The notes beneath the pieces are model-generated. The model worked only from the letters and a program-made list of their open reading frames with translations. It was not told the DNA's origin and did no database searches. A DNA stretch of 64,000 nucleotides from an uncultured Candidatus Peribacteria bacterium (GTDB lineage Bacteria > Patescibacteriota > Gracilibacteria > Absconditabacterales > Absconditicoccaceae), in contig CAYLWY010000001.1 of NCBI GenBank assembly GCA_964387665.1, positions 10,075 through 74,074 of the forward strand, written 5' to 3'. This document shows, in pieces, positions 1 through 8,375 of this stretch (position 1 is its first letter; each line of letters starts with the position of its first letter). A program made the translations under genes and the position numbers.

Positions 1-2
1 AC

Positions 3-272
3 CGCCTATTTGGGACTTGGTCTGGAGGGTATTTCCACGGCGACAGTTGGCGATTAAACAGTGGAATAACCGAGGCCACTCGCGACGGGGACTACTACTA
101 CTTTTATGGTGCTAGTGGTAGCTGTTACAAGTGCTTCGTGAACGCCTACGGAGTTGCTAACTCTTATGGGCAGAGTGTACTAGACGAACTCATGCAACAG
201 GATATGATGAGATTGGAACTGGTAGAAAACCAGGAAGATTGGGTAGACTTCTTTAAAGACAAATTGGCGTAA
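3..272 (+). CDS. hypothetical protein, 5' end outside window
   Basis: Frame 3 is open from the window edge to TAA 270-272 (ends ...DWVDFFKDKLA). It is absent from the ORF track because no start lies in the window. The stop overlaps the next ATG (TAATG). Confidence 0.5.
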   Translation, partial: RLFGTWSGGYFHGDSWRLNSGITEATRDGDYYYFYGASGSCYKCFVNAYGVANSYGQSVLDELMQQDMMRLELVENQEDWVDFFKDKLA

Positions 273-403
273 TGACAAACATAATACCGGTAAACGATCT
301 AAAAGAACATACGGAAGATTCAACTTGCGAATGTATGCCGTCGATAGAATTCCACTATGGTGAGATGTTCGTCATACACAACGCGTACGACAACAGAGAA
401 TAA
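272..403 (+). CDS. small protein, 43 aa (MTNIIPVNDLKEHTEDSTCECMPSIEFHYGEMFVIHNAYDNRE)
   Basis: ATG 272 overlaps the upstream stop and TAA lies at 401-403. The ORF is below the ORF-track size cutoff. Translational coupling matches the rest of the block. Confidence 0.45.
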   Translation: MTNIIPVNDLKEHTEDSTCECMPSIEFHYGEMFVIHNAYDNRE

Positions 404-425
404 AAACAAAAAAAAAATTATAAAA

Positions 426-617
426 ATGGAAGAAAGATTAACCGTAAAAGAACTAATCGAACAGCTAAGGAAGTTCGACGAAAACAAAGAAGTCCAAGTT
501 GGAGCAGTAGGATTCACTCCTGAAGATAGTTGGGATGCACCTCTTACACTCGAAGAACTTACAGTAGATGAGTTCAAAGGAATTGTTAGGATAAATTTTA
601 GCATCTATCCTATTTAA
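426..617 (+). CDS. hypothetical protein (63 aa)
   Basis: Track ORF 357..617. The in-frame ATG at 426 (MEERLTVKELIEQL...) avoids overlap with the 272..403 ORF. Confidence 0.6.
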   Translation: MEERLTVKELIEQLRKFDENKEVQVGAVGFTPEDSWDAPLTLEELTVDEFKGIVRINFSIYPI

Positions 618-630
618 AAAAAATGTAAAT

Positions 631-837
631 ATGAACAAAGCTAAATTCGCAGTAAAAATACTGCAACAGTATGCCCTTGAGAATGGGATTAATGGAAGGG
701 ATACGACAGACCTCTCTCCTTTAGAAAAGTGGTTAATACTCCAACTTCATGGGACCCAAACCGCAATCGACAATTTTGAACAACTACAAATAAATTACAA
801 TGAGAAGAAGGAACTTAAGCGGGATATACATCTTTGA
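631..837 (+). CDS. hypothetical protein
   Basis: Track ORF, co-oriented and closely packed with its neighbours. No motif recognised. Confidence 0.6.
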   Translation: MNKAKFAVKILQQYALENGINGRDTTDLSPLEKWLILQLHGTQTAIDNFEQLQINYNEKKELKRDIHL

Positions 838-1021
838 TAAATTCCCGGACGAAGAAAAGCGGCAGCCTACTTGTTTTGAGGACTGTCAAGAGGCGACTCA
901 AGATGCATGGCTTACTACCCTAGAGCGCCCGGAGCTTGAAAATCTGGCTAAAATGCTAGGTAGCACAATACGTGCAATTGGGGAGCTATCGGGGTTGGCA
1001 CGAAACGTAGAAGACGAATAG
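800..1021 (+). CDS. hypothetical protein
   Basis: Track ORF that overlaps the previous ORF by 38 nt, so the start is uncertain. The stop TAG 1019-1021 abuts the tRNA-like gene. Confidence 0.5.
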   Translation: MRRRNLSGIYIFDKFPDEEKRQPTCFEDCQEATQDAWLTTLERPELENLAKMLGSTIRAIGELSGLARNVEDE

Positions 1022-1100
1022 GAAGTTGGCGCAGTGGTAGCGTGTCGGTGGGCGAAAGCAACAAACCGAGAGTCGGGCGGTTCGATTCCGCCCACTTCCT
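1020..1100 (+). tRNA. tRNA-like gene, anticodon not assignable (oversized anticodon loop)
   Basis: The acceptor stem is AGGAAGT/ACTTCCT (7 bp), followed by T8. The D arm is GCGC-AGTGGTA-GCGT and the T arm is GGCGG-TTCGATT-CCGCC. The stem TCGGT/ACCGA encloses 15 nt (GGGCGAAAGCAACAA) instead of 7. No CCA is encoded. Confidence 0.55.
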
Positions 1101-1104
1101 TTAG

Positions 1105-1290
1105 AATATACCCGAACCTGCGGAATGTAGGATTAGAAGTGTCCATCATATAATGAGTTGGCCCCTTGTGGGTGCGTACGGTAAAAGCCAATCTCCAAGA
1201 AACTCACTACTGGAGATCGCACGTTGGGCGTAGTGACCCACGTATCTTGGTGTAACAACACACCGCAATAGGTTCGGGTATTTTTTTTTA
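1105..1290 (+). ncRNA. structured RNA candidate, family unknown, ending in a T9 tract
   Basis: There is long-range pairing between 1108-1123 (ATACCCGAACCTGCGG) and 1263-1281 (CCGC aat AGGTTCGGGTAT), followed by T9 at 1281-1289. Internal helices are 1191-1197/1211-1217 (ATCTCCA/TGGAGAT), 1172-1176/1218-1222 (GTGCG/CGCAC) and 1161-1164/1225-1228 (GCCC/GGGC). Confidence 0.4.
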
Positions 1291-1291
1291 T

Positions 1292-1403
1292 AGTCAGGTG
1301 GTGGAATTGGTTAGACGCTATAATAGGTCGCTACTATTATATTAGCAGATGGAAACAACCAAAGAAACAATCTCTGTTACAGGTTCGAATCCTGTCCTGA
1401 CTA
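1292..1403 (+). tRNA. tRNA-like gene (type II-like D arm) with aberrant anticodon and variable regions
   Basis: The acceptor stem is AGTCAGG/CCTGACT. The D region TGGTGGAATTGGTTAGACGC resembles tRNA-Leu/Ser. The T arm is ACAGG-TTCGAAT-CCTGT. Total length is 112 nt. A 7-bp stem ATAATAG/CTATTAT carries the loop GTCGCTA (position 37 would be T), followed by a 38-nt variable region. Confidence 0.5.
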
Positions 1404-1556
1404 CTAAACAAAACAGTATGAAATACATTACAATCCGAGAAGTAGACAATCCGGAGTGCGCAAATGCCGGCTCAAAAAAGAGACGTTTTTCAAACGGCGC
1501 GATGTGTATTTAAAAGAAAGAACACCTTATTTAACCAAAACAATAATCAAATAAGC

Positions 1557-1766
1557 ATGGAAGCACCGAACTTAGACGGAATGGTCACTTGTTTTATCAT
1601 GGCCTTAGTAATAACAGCACTTCTTACGTGGGGCGCAGTAGAACTGGTGTATTGGGCCTTTATTGACGACGCAATTAGGTCAACCGAACCTATAATCCCA
1701 GAGATCGAACTTGTTGTAAAAGACAACGTAGTTGACACTATTTATGTTTATCGTAAACCAAACTAA
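1557..1766 (+). CDS. small membrane protein (69 aa)
   Basis: Track ORF 1464..1766 with an in-frame ATG at 1557. It contains a hydrophobic segment (MVTCFIMALVITALLTWGAVELVYWAF). Confidence 0.55.
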   Translation: MEAPNLDGMVTCFIMALVITALLTWGAVELVYWAFIDDAIRSTEPIIPEIELVVKDNVVDTIYVYRKPN

Positions 1767-1768
1767 CT

Positions 1769-2020
1769 ATGAGACTAATAAAATTAGCAGACATTAAAGA
1801 ATACCTCCCACTATTAGATCGTGGGGAAATCTCCCATTCTAAGTTTGCGGATTTATTAAACGAGGCGGCGCTCAAAGCCTTACGGGAGTACATCACCCAG
1901 AGACCTGCTACTAGCCGTCTTCCAGCTATAGAAAGCATCGACGTCGGTTTTTATTGCATAAAATGTGGGGCTAAATACGATGAGAAGTATAATAAACCCT
2001 GTAAGTGTGATACGGAATGA
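1769..2020 (+). CDS. hypothetical protein with C-terminal Cys4 ribbon
   Basis: Track ORF with the C-terminal motif CIKCGAKYDEKYNKPCKC. Confidence 0.6.
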   Translation: MRLIKLADIKEYLPLLDRGEISHSKFADLLNEAALKALREYITQRPATSRLPAIESIDVGFYCIKCGAKYDEKYNKPCKCDTE

Positions 2021-2061
2021 TACGCAAATATACTAAAATGATACTGTTAAATTAATAAAAC

Positions 2062-2325
2062 ATGAATAAAGAAAACGTATATGAAGCAATTGATTCTGAA
2101 TTGGCCTACATTTCAGAACAAGAACAAGTCGATGATTCTCATGTTGTAGAGGATTTCCCCTTAGCCGCGGGTTTAGAGGCAATACGATACAACGTAGACA
2201 AAGCTAGCCAATTTTGGTATATTGAGCAAGCCCCATACCCAAACGCGATGCACTTCCTAAGAAAAGTAGCCGCTATTTGTGTAAAAATGGGGATTAAATA
2301 TGACATGCCAAAACGAGACCAATGA
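2062..2325 (+). CDS. hypothetical protein
   Basis: Track ORF whose stop overlaps the start of the next gene. Confidence 0.6.
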   Translation: MNKENVYEAIDSELAYISEQEQVDDSHVVEDFPLAAGLEAIRYNVDKASQFWYIEQAPYPNAMHFLRKVAAICVKMGIKYDMPKRDQ

Positions 2326-2840
2326 GCTTAATTGTAGTAGACGTCGAGAGCGACGGGCCTATACCAAACAAATACTCCATGGTATGCTTCGGTGCTGTAG
2401 TAGTAGAGCCTAGTTTGTCGAAAACATTTTATGGACGAACGAAGCCTATATCTAAACTATGGGTACCGGAAGCCTTGGCTGTAAGTGGGTTTAGTCGAGA
2501 AGAACACGAAAAATTCGGCGACCCAAAAGCAGTGATGGAGGACTTCGCGCGGTGGGTTCAATTTATCTCTGTTGGAAAGCCTATCTTTATATCAGATAAC
2601 CCGGCATATGATTGGCAGTTCATAAACTATTATTTCCATTACTATATAGGTAGTAACCCATTTGGGTACTCCGCCCGTAGGATTGGGGATTTATATTGCG
2701 GAATGGTTAAGGATGGTTTTGCAAGGTGGAAGCATTTACGCAAAACAAGGCATGATCATAACCCCGTAAACGATGCAAAAGGAAACGCGGAAGCGTTATT
2801 ACAAATGAAAGAAATGGGGTTAAAAATTCCAACTAAATAA
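2322..2840 (+). CDS. DEDDh-type 3'-5' exonuclease (DnaQ-like fold)
   Basis: Three motifs are readable: VVDVESDG (Exo I), NPAYDWQF (Exo II) and HNPVNDA (Exo III, H-x4-D). Confidence 0.8.
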   Translation: MSLIVVDVESDGPIPNKYSMVCFGAVVVEPSLSKTFYGRTKPISKLWVPEALAVSGFSREEHEKFGDPKAVMEDFARWVQFISVGKPIFISDNPAYDWQFINYYFHYYIGSNPFGYSARRIGDLYCGMVKDGFARWKHLRKTRHDHNPVNDAKGNAEALLQMKEMGLKIPTK

Positions 2841-2847
2841 AATCTAT

Positions 2848-3111
2848 ATGAAAACATTTCAAATTTGGATGGAGGGATACGCCGCAACTGGGGAGCGCGG
2901 TACTGCGAATATGATAGGTACCGGCCAAGGCGAGACCTTTGACGATGCTGTAAGAGATTACATGGCAAGAACCCCCAAACACGGAATTGAGGAAAACGGA
3001 CGAAACCGCTATATTAACGAAAGCGCGTATCAAAGACGCCCTAGTAATTGGAATATCTGGGGATGTAACCTATACGACAACGAAGCGGAAGCCCGAAAAA
3101 CTTTCGGTTAA
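2848..3111 (+). CDS. hypothetical protein
   Basis: Track ORF whose stop overlaps the next ATG (TAATG). Confidence 0.65.
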   Translation: MKTFQIWMEGYAATGERGTANMIGTGQGETFDDAVRDYMARTPKHGIEENGRNRYINESAYQRRPSNWNIWGCNLYDNEAEARKTFG

Positions 3112-3260
3112 TGAAAAAGAAGAAACCAAAGCAGCAGTCTGCCGTAAAGTGGAGCCTCTACAATACTGAGGAAGGATTCCGCCGGCAGAAGCAGACTCAC
3201 GAGTTAAGGAAAAACAAGAAGAAATACAAAAACGATTTTTTAAACGAAACTGACTTATGA
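3111..3260 (+). CDS. small basic protein, 49 aa (MKKKKPKQQSAVKW...)
   Basis: It fills the apparent gap 3112-3256. ATG 3111 overlaps the upstream TAA, and the stop TGA 3258-3260 overlaps the dUTPase ATG (ATGA). It is below the track cutoff. Confidence 0.4.
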   Translation: MKKKKPKQQSAVKWSLYNTEEGFRRQKQTHELRKNKKKYKNDFLNETDL

Positions 3261-3733
3261 CTAAATTAGCTGTTAAATTAATACCTGGGGGCAAGCTCCC
3301 GGTACGCTCTACGGAAATGGCCGGGGCATGGGATATGTTTGCGCGTTCGGTAGAGCTAAAGCACGATGATGGATATACACGCGCTATTATTAGACTTGGT
3401 TGTGCAATGCAACCGGCAGATCCCAATTACCGTATTATGTTACAACCTAGGTCATCTATTACCAAGACGTCGTGGGTTATGCAAAATTCCCCAGGCCTCG
3501 GGGATCCTGATTTCGACCAGGAGTATCAAGCTAGGTTTATACTAATACCGGGGGGAGAAGACGAAGACACGGAAAAGGCGCTTCGTAAGCATCCATTTAA
3601 CATAGGAGACCGTGTTGTACAAATGTACTTAGAACGGATTGAACCGATTGAGATCGAACTATTAGGCGAAGACCGGCCGCTTCCGCACCAAACAGACCGT
3701 ACGGGAGGTTTTGGATCAACTGGTAAAAAATAA
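3257..3733 (+). CDS. dut: dUTPase
   Basis: The five dUTPase motifs are recognisable: AGAWDM, QPRSS, GLGDPDFDQEY, DRVVQM and the C-terminal RTGGFGSTG. Confidence 0.8.
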   Translation: MTKLAVKLIPGGKLPVRSTEMAGAWDMFARSVELKHDDGYTRAIIRLGCAMQPADPNYRIMLQPRSSITKTSWVMQNSPGLGDPDFDQEYQARFILIPGGEDEDTEKALRKHPFNIGDRVVQMYLERIEPIEIELLGEDRPLPHQTDRTGGFGSTGKK

Positions 3734-3743
3734 TTTGTTTTAT

Positions 3744-4097
3744 ATGGCAGTAAATACTTATCTTTGCATTACTTCCTCAGACGAGAGGTTTACCTTAAAA
3801 GTAGAGGTACGCGATGCTTATGAATATGGAGAGGCGTTGTTGACGTTAGCGTTTGCTGACGAACGTCGGACTGTCTATGTAAATGACGCAGACATAATAT
3901 TTGGGCCTATTTTAAACCTAACAGAAGTAGCCTGTCTAAATATAGATTTGGATGGAGACGCTGCTGAACAACTGGAAACAGTTTATGGTATAAAACCAAA
4001 CGATGTCTGTGAACTGTGGGACATGTATTTAGAAGCAAAAAAACTCGGAATATGGGAAGATGATGAAGGGGAGTTACCCCGATTTAGTGACAACTAA
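3744..4097 (+). CDS. hypothetical protein
   Basis: Track ORF 3711..4097. The ATG at 3744 lies just after the dUTPase stop. Confidence 0.6.
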   Translation: MAVNTYLCITSSDERFTLKVEVRDAYEYGEALLTLAFADERRTVYVNDADIIFGPILNLTEVACLNIDLDGDAAEQLETVYGIKPNDVCELWDMYLEAKKLGIWEDDEGELPRFSDN

Positions 4098-4109
4098 AAG
4101 TAACGACGT

Positions 4110-4490
4110 ATGCGATGTCCCGCATGTGGAGGCGATATGCCTTGGGTGTTATCTGAGCTAGTAGCAGGGGCTACTGTAGTAATCTATTTGAAAACGGAAT
4201 CCGCAAGAGTGTTTTCTGGTACCGCAGTCCTAATACGACCGGAACCCTCTTGGCGAACACCGGAGCCTTATCCGATAGTCTTAAAGTGTAAGTCTTGTCG
4301 TCGACAAGTAAACGCAATAGACCAACGGTGGTTAGTGCAATATCCTGATGGATTTGTTACGCATCGTTGGTTGACAACATTAATAAAACCAGGAACAATA
4401 AAAATTGACGATGATAACATTAGTAACAAAGAACCGGAGGAGCTATTGGGAGACGTATGGGACGATAGCGGAGGTACTGACCTATTTTAA
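4110..4490 (+). CDS. hypothetical zinc-ribbon protein
   Basis: It carries CPACGG near the N terminus and CKSCRR about 60 aa later. Confidence 0.6.
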   Translation: MRCPACGGDMPWVLSELVAGATVVIYLKTESARVFSGTAVLIRPEPSWRTPEPYPIVLKCKSCRRQVNAIDQRWLVQYPDGFVTHRWLTTLIKPGTIKIDDDNISNKEPEELLGDVWDDSGGTDLF

Positions 4491-6234
4491 AGACCATACA
4501 CATATTGGATTTGACACGGAAACTAGTGGAATGTCTTTCATGGACTCTGATCTACTCTGTGTACAATTCGGAGATTTTGAGAGGCAATTTGTCATTGAGA
4601 TGGATGACGGGGTTCTAGACGAACTTAAGCCTCTGTTTGAGAAGACTTTGATTCTTCAAAACTCCACATTCGACCTTCCGTTTTTATATCAATACGGAAT
4701 AGTACCAAACATTTATGACACGCTTTTAGCGGAAAAAAATCTTACTCTAGGTCTGCTAGTAGACCGTGGACTGGGCGATCTAGTCTTGCGGTACTGCGGG
4801 GTAGACTTGGATAAGAGTAAGCAGAAAACTATCGTACAAGGACTTATTGATAGGGAGTCTATTGAATACGCCGGGTTAGACGTGAAGTATCTGATTCCTA
4901 TCATGGAAGCGCAGATAGCCCAAGCGGAGAAAGAGCAGGTAATTAACGCCATCACACTAGACTGCCGGTTCGCCCGGGTCGCTGCGTACATGGAGTTCTG
5001 TGGTATCTATGTAAATAAAGATGCCCTAGACAAGATGATCCGAAAAAACGAAGCCTACGAGTATATGGCTGAGGAGGCTTTGTATAAATGGTTAGAAACA
5101 AATGCCCCGGAATATTACGACCCAGAATTCAATTGGGGGTCGTCGAAACAGGTTGTAGAGTTATTTAATGCCTTGGGAATCCCGCCGGTGTACAACAAAC
5201 AGTCCGGAGCCCAAGGTTGTGATATCAAAGAGCTCCGTAAGTTAGAAGACCCAACCGGTTTGCTTAAACTATTTATCGACTATTCCGTTAAGAGAAAGAC
5301 GGTTTCTACATATGGTAGGAATTGGTTAGAGTACATATTTGACGACGGAAGAGTACATTCTAAATTCAATGTTCTTGTAGATACTGGTAGAACTTCTGCC
5401 GGGAATACAAGGCAAGGTCCCTTCCCTAATCTACAAAACCTCTCTAAAAAGGGAGGAATGCGCACAATATTTGAAGGTAAAGGCCCTAACCGGTTAATCG
5501 CTTGTGACTATTCCGGGCAAGAATCCGTAGTCCTCGCCGATATTTCTCAAGAAGAAAAACTGCTAGAGTTCTATCGCGGGGGTTCCGGTGACTTGCACTC
5601 GTTTGTTGCTAAGCTACTCTTTCCAAAAGAGCTGGGCGATGTCGAAGAAACGGCCGTAGCCGATACTCGTGGAGATTTACGGCAACTTGCAAAAGGCGCC
5701 AACTTCGCAGTGGCTTATGGTGGTACTGGATATACAATCTCAGAGAACCTTAACATACCAAGGGCGCTAGGAGACCACGTATACGAATCGTTTCTAAATG
5801 CATTCCCAGGACTTCCGAAGTTCTTTGAAGACAACTTCCAAGACACGGTACGCCGCGGCTTTGTACGTATTAACTACGTAACCGGCCGTAAACGTAAGAT
5901 TGACTTTCTCCAAGATGCCGTTAAACGTAACGACAAACGCCTGTTGGCGCAAATCAATCGCCTAAGTACTAATACCAAAATACAGGGTACGTCAGCTGAT
6001 ATTTCAAAAACAGCTGCGGTATTGTTCTTTGAATGGATTTTGGAGAAGAAATTATTTAACAAAGTTTTAATAAACAATTTTATCCATGATGAGTTGTTGG
6101 TGGAGTGCCACCAAAGTCGCGCGCAACTAGTTGCTGACGTGTTACAAGAAATGATGGAATTAGCCGGGACATATTTCCTGTCTACGTTACCATTGAAAGC
6201 AGAGCCTAAAATCGGAAAAGGATGGGCAAAGTAG
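4405..6234 (+). CDS. family A DNA polymerase with N-terminal 3'-5' exonuclease domain
   Basis: Exonuclease motifs are FDTETSG, NSTFDLPFL and YAGLDVKYL. Polymerase motifs are A (IACDYSGQESVVLA), B (RQLAKGANFAVAYGG) and C (IHDELLVE). The start is either TTG 4405 or ATG 4411. Confidence 0.9.
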   Translation: MTMITLVTKNRRSYWETYGTIAEVLTYFKDHTHIGFDTETSGMSFMDSDLLCVQFGDFERQFVIEMDDGVLDELKPLFEKTLILQNSTFDLPFLYQYGIVPNIYDTLLAEKNLTLGLLVDRGLGDLVLRYCGVDLDKSKQKTIVQGLIDRESIEYAGLDVKYLIPIMEAQIAQAEKEQVINAITLDCRFARVAAYMEFCGIYVNKDALDKMIRKNEAYEYMAEEALYKWLETNAPEYYDPEFNWGSSKQVVELFNALGIPPVYNKQSGAQGCDIKELRKLEDPTGLLKLFIDYSVKRKTVSTYGRNWLEYIFDDGRVHSKFNVLVDTGRTSAGNTRQGPFPNLQNLSKKGGMRTIFEGKGPNRLIACDYSGQESVVLADISQEEKLLEFYRGGSGDLHSFVAKLLFPKELGDVEETAVADTRGDLRQLAKGANFAVAYGGTGYTISENLNIPRALGDHVYESFLNAFPGLPKFFEDNFQDTVRRGFVRINYVTGRKRKIDFLQDAVKRNDKRLLAQINRLSTNTKIQGTSADISKTAAVLFFEWILEKKLFNKVLINNFIHDELLVECHQSRAQLVADVLQEMMELAGTYFLSTLPLKAEPKIGKGWAK

Positions 6235-6587
6235 TAAGTAAGCATTATGAGGAGGTTTTCGATTTGATCGACGCTGCGCAAGAGCTGCACATTAAGAAAA
6301 AGGGTGTAGTTAATTGGCAAGATCGTTCATCTCGGGTTGGGTTTTTTATGACATTGTCTGACGTTATAGCAGAGCATGCTCTTATAACAAAAAGACTTAA
6401 CCAACGAACAGAACGAAAACAAGGACCGCGGCAAGCCTTTTATGCCGCACAACATTTAATGAAAGTCTATGGAAAAGACAATTTTGTAAAAGCAATAAAA
6501 GCATTAGGTTATGTTCAAACTCACAGAGGCGCCGGATTTGACTTCGAGGAATCCGAAAGCGTTGATTTCAGAGATTCATGCGAATAG
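6222..6587 (+). CDS. hypothetical protein
   Basis: Track ORF that overlaps the polymerase stop. Confidence 0.55.
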   Translation: MGKVVSKHYEEVFDLIDAAQELHIKKKGVVNWQDRSSRVGFFMTLSDVIAEHALITKRLNQRTERKQGPRQAFYAAQHLMKVYGKDNFVKAIKALGYVQTHRGAGFDFEESESVDFRDSCE

Positions 6588-7434
6588 GTTTAATTTTGAT
6601 CAACCATTGCCGGATAGGCCTGATTACCTCATTTGGTGTGAAGACTCTTCCGGAGATACCTATGGTATCGCCATGCCAGGGTCAATCATCGAAGTATCGG
6701 GGCAATCTAAAACCCGGAAATCAACATTCTTAGCAACGATTGCCGCTGCTTCGTTAAATCAAGACGGGGTTGCGCTTAATATGCGATCAGCAATTAAGTC
6801 GAACATCTTGTACTTTGATACGGAGCAATCGGATTACGAATTTCGGCGATTCCAAAAAATGGTATGTAGAATGGCTGGGGTTACGTCTCATCCATTGAAT
6901 TACTTCGGATACTCACTGCGCAGGTATGATGAAGAAAGTCGTCTACTAGCTGTAGATACCTTTCTTACACAGATGACCAAGCAGTTCTTGGAAAACATTG
7001 GGTTGATTATTATCGACGGTATTGCGGACTTTTTACCTTCGTCAAACGATTTGGTAGAATCCCGCAGACTCGTAACGCGGTTGACATATTGGGCAGACGA
7101 ACTTCAAGTTCCTATATTCGTAGCTATACACACCAACAAAGACGGAGAGAACTCTACCGGCACTCTAGGTGGATTCCTAGATAAGAAGTGTAGCTATCAC
7201 GTACGAACAGCGAATATCTCAGAAGCCCGGGATTCCCCCACAAGGGTTTCGTGTAAATTTTCACGGCTTGGAGAGGCCTTTCCACCGTTTAATTTTATGC
7301 ACGACTCCGGTACTGGGTTACCAATCCTAACGTCTATTGAGGATATCTCTCTGGACTTTATGGGGAAGACCCAAGAATTCTTCAAAGAAGACCCGCTACA
7401 AGACGAACCAGAAATACCAAAATTTAAACTATAA
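6511..7434 (+). CDS. RecA-fold ATPase, probable replicative helicase (DnaB / T7 gp4 C-terminal-like)
   Basis: It has a P-loop-like motif EVSGQSKTRKST and a Walker B-like motif LIIIDGIADF. It sits between the polymerase and the primase. The start is uncertain because of a 77-nt overlap. Confidence 0.6.
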   Translation: MFKLTEAPDLTSRNPKALISEIHANRFNFDQPLPDRPDYLIWCEDSSGDTYGIAMPGSIIEVSGQSKTRKSTFLATIAAASLNQDGVALNMRSAIKSNILYFDTEQSDYEFRRFQKMVCRMAGVTSHPLNYFGYSLRRYDEESRLLAVDTFLTQMTKQFLENIGLIIIDGIADFLPSSNDLVESRRLVTRLTYWADELQVPIFVAIHTNKDGENSTGTLGGFLDKKCSYHVRTANISEARDSPTRVSCKFSRLGEAFPPFNFMHDSGTGLPILTSIEDISLDFMGKTQEFFKEDPLQDEPEIPKFKL

Positions 7435-7437
7435 AAC

Positions 7438-7887
7438 ATGAGTACACAAGTAGAGGAGACCCTGTTTCCTACAACAACAGGGATAATTAAAAGCGTGGAA
7501 GAGAAACGCCCATTTAAGTCAAGTGACGGTACTGAGTGGCATGGCCGAACAGTTACGATGGCGAACGACGATACTTTTGACGTGTGGAATACGTCTACCG
7601 AGGTATTAGCTCAATTCAAAGTCGATGCTAAGCTTACCTATACTAGGAAACTAGTTAAAAAGAATGAGCGGGAATCTTACAAGCTTCAGGACTATGTATT
7701 TGTTATACCACGCGCCGAGCGGTTTGAGCCCATGGTTGTGGGTAAGATAGCTGATTGTATATCGTATGCCGCCTCATACGCTAAGGACGTTTGCGTAGCT
7801 GAGAATGATATGCAATATTTTGAAGAGTACGCCGAGCGTATGTATTCTTGGATGCGTAGTAAATACCTAGAGGAAACATTTGAGTAA
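7438..7887 (+). CDS. hypothetical protein
   Basis: Track ORF, tightly packed with its neighbours. Confidence 0.6.
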   Translation: MSTQVEETLFPTTTGIIKSVEEKRPFKSSDGTEWHGRTVTMANDDTFDVWNTSTEVLAQFKVDAKLTYTRKLVKKNERESYKLQDYVFVIPRAERFEPMVVGKIADCISYAASYAKDVCVAENDMQYFEEYAERMYSWMRSKYLEETFE

Positions 7888-8375
7888 TGCTAGGATCTAG
7901 TTACAAAGAGTTTCCAGTAGGAGAAGTTGTTTCAGGGGTTTTCTTAAAAAAGGTCGGATACGAATCCGGCGACGGTTGGGAAGCTGCTAAGTTTCTATTC
8001 CATAGAGACGGGGCTTGGCTAAGCGTCGCCGTTTTCAACCCAAAGCCAGTCTCCGATGACAAACTACTCCAAAAACGTCGCTACCGAGCCGCTATGCGCA
8101 TTGAGTCTATTGCCTCTATATTCTTAGGGGAGGAACTGATGCGAGAGTGTTTCAGAGAAGCAGATTCCTTTAGGGGATTTGTACAAAATATCGTAAACGA
8201 AATGAACAATGTCGACTATAAAAACGTTGAACTCGAGCTGAAAACGCTACGAACCGATCGGGGGGTAGATGCTGGATTAACACAGCCATTTATTCGAAAG
8301 AGAGGTGACAAGCGAATGCAATTATCTTATTCTGATTTTGAACTTAAAATTATCACTAATGTTAGGAAAACGTAA
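7887..8375 (+). CDS. hypothetical protein
   Basis: Track ORF whose start overlaps the previous stop. Confidence 0.6.
   Translation: MLGSSYKEFPVGEVVSGVFLKKVGYESGDGWEAAKFLFHRDGAWLSVAVFNPKPVSDDKLLQKRRYRAAMRIESIASIFLGEELMRECFREADSFRGFVQNIVNEMNNVDYKNVELELKTLRTDRGVDAGLTQPFIRKRGDKRMQLSYSDFELKIITNVRKT

Noticed and set aside
898-1191. A 97-aa minus-strand ORF lies in the RNA locus.
   Set aside because: It runs antisense across the tRNA-like gene and the structured RNA in an otherwise plus-strand block. Its translation contains the reverse complement of the T arm. It is most likely spurious.
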